In this document: piece by piece, positions 62,771 through 64,000 of the stretch
Numbering within the stretch: the stretch's first letter is position 1
Layout of the letters: each line of letters begins with the position of its first letter
Assembly: GCA_043228905.1 (NCBI GenBank)
Contig: JBHGNT010000013.1
Location: forward strand, 12,710,001 to 12,774,000
Direction: 5' to 3'
DNA: 64,000 nt
Source: Azolla caroliniana
Taxonomy: Eukaryota > Plantae > Polypodiophyta
Made by a program: the position numbers and the translations under genes
Notes under the pieces: model-generated
Told to the model about the DNA's origin: nothing
Database searches by the model: none
The model's input: the letters and a program-made list of their open reading frames with translations, nothing else

Positions 62771-64000
62771 TTTTGTTGTTCCCCTCTTAGAGAAACACCT
62801 TCGATGACTCTTCTTGAGTAATCGGGTGAAGGAATCGTGGTCGTGTAAGAGACTAGGGTAGGGTCGAGTAGGGGGCGTACTTTACACCTCCCTGTGTTGG
62901 ACACACCGAGAATCAGCTACAACCGATTCGTACCCATAGCTTATAAAACGGATAACACAATCACAATAAAACTTAGATGAAACTGGCACATAGATGGAAC
63001 CAACCGTCTATGAAATTGATTACTGAATAGATGATACATTGGTATTACAAGTAAAGTTGGTGCCTCTCACTATAGATCTAAAACTTAGGCACTCTGTCTC
63101 CAATTAGGGATATCTCTCCTTCCTTGCTTTTGCTACTTCCTGCTTTATATTGCCTGCTTTCCTCTTGTTGCGCTTCCATTACTCTTTCATGATCCTCAAC
63201 CTTTATTCACGGATGCATGTATTTCAGTTACCTTCCCCTTCGGCTGATAGTGCTCGACTCTTTTCCTCTTTTCACACTTTACCGACTCGTTTCTTTTCAT
63301 ACTCATTCTTTAAGATTCTTTCCACATCTCGTGCCTTTTGTCCCATGGATAACAACTGGCATGCCTGTGGGACAGTGCCTTGCACATTGAACCCAAAACC
63401 AACCAAAACAATCGAAATCAAGAATATGAAAGAATCGAAAATGCTATGATACACTTATTCCTCCTCCAAAATTGTTGTGAGGCTCTCCACTTGCTCTAGC
63501 TTGTCGATTTACGCTCGGCCAACAATTCTAGCCCTCGGTTTGCCAATCCCGAAACGGCTTCTTGGGCTTCTTGGGCGTTGTCTGGTTGAGTTGCCTTCTC
63601 CTACTTTGACTCTTCTGGGTGGAGCTTGGCTGATAAACCTAGGTGGTGGTTTGCTTCTGGAACCACTCCCTTCTGCTTTGGCCTGTTCGGCCACCGGCTC
63701 TATCTCCGGGTAAAAAGGGCTAAGGGGAGAGAAAACCGTCAAAAACTAAGAAAGAAAGGGGCATAAAGGTTGATACCTTTTATATTCATCAATACATTTT
63801 CCCATGCCCACCAACATCTAGCTCCGAACCAACCCTCATTCTTCTTCTCCTCCCTCTCTTAACTTGATGAACTATGTCTTATTCGCTAACATCTAACATG
63901 GTGAACCCAAAAGTGTGCCTTCATTAAGTTGGGGAGAATATTTCACTACTTAGCATACACTTCATGTCTCACATTTGTTTATAGCATTGGCATTTGTGTA

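Noticed and set aside
62780-64000. Possible further LTR element, with minus ORFs 63272-63742 and a partial Trp PBS aca-tggtgaaccc at 63896-63908
   Set aside because: Only a 10-nt PBS match, no recognisable domain, and truncated by the window end.

Overview
Land-plant nuclear DNA, most likely a fern (inferred from the style of the PLS-PPR repeats and the retroelement lineages; not verifiable here). About two thirds of the window is a nest of decayed retroelements; many of their stops look like C>T/G>A changes. 1-31197 holds a 5'-truncated Penelope-like RT with a degenerate hammerhead ribozyme, several members of a tRNA-Trp-primed Ty3/gypsy family, two Ty1/copia elements, a chromovirus and an extra-ORF fragment. 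A gene island at ~31.8-50.2 kb carries coatomer alpha (3 coding exons, minus), prefoldin 6 (5 coding exons, plus, missed by the ORF track) and a PLS-class PPR gene lacking DYW. The most unusual observations are: (1) a TSD-flanked element at 52439-62210 with copia LTRs/PBS/PPT, in which a near-complete gypsy gag-pol is fused in frame to copia INT-RT-RH; (2) an antisense tRNA-like Pol III A/B-box module in two otherwise diverged gypsy LTRs; (3) CpG-centred 4-bp target sites at the visible outer ends of that family; (4) a Penelope-like element with no C-terminal endonuclease and a minimal hammerhead. All alignments were done by eye and no database searches were run.
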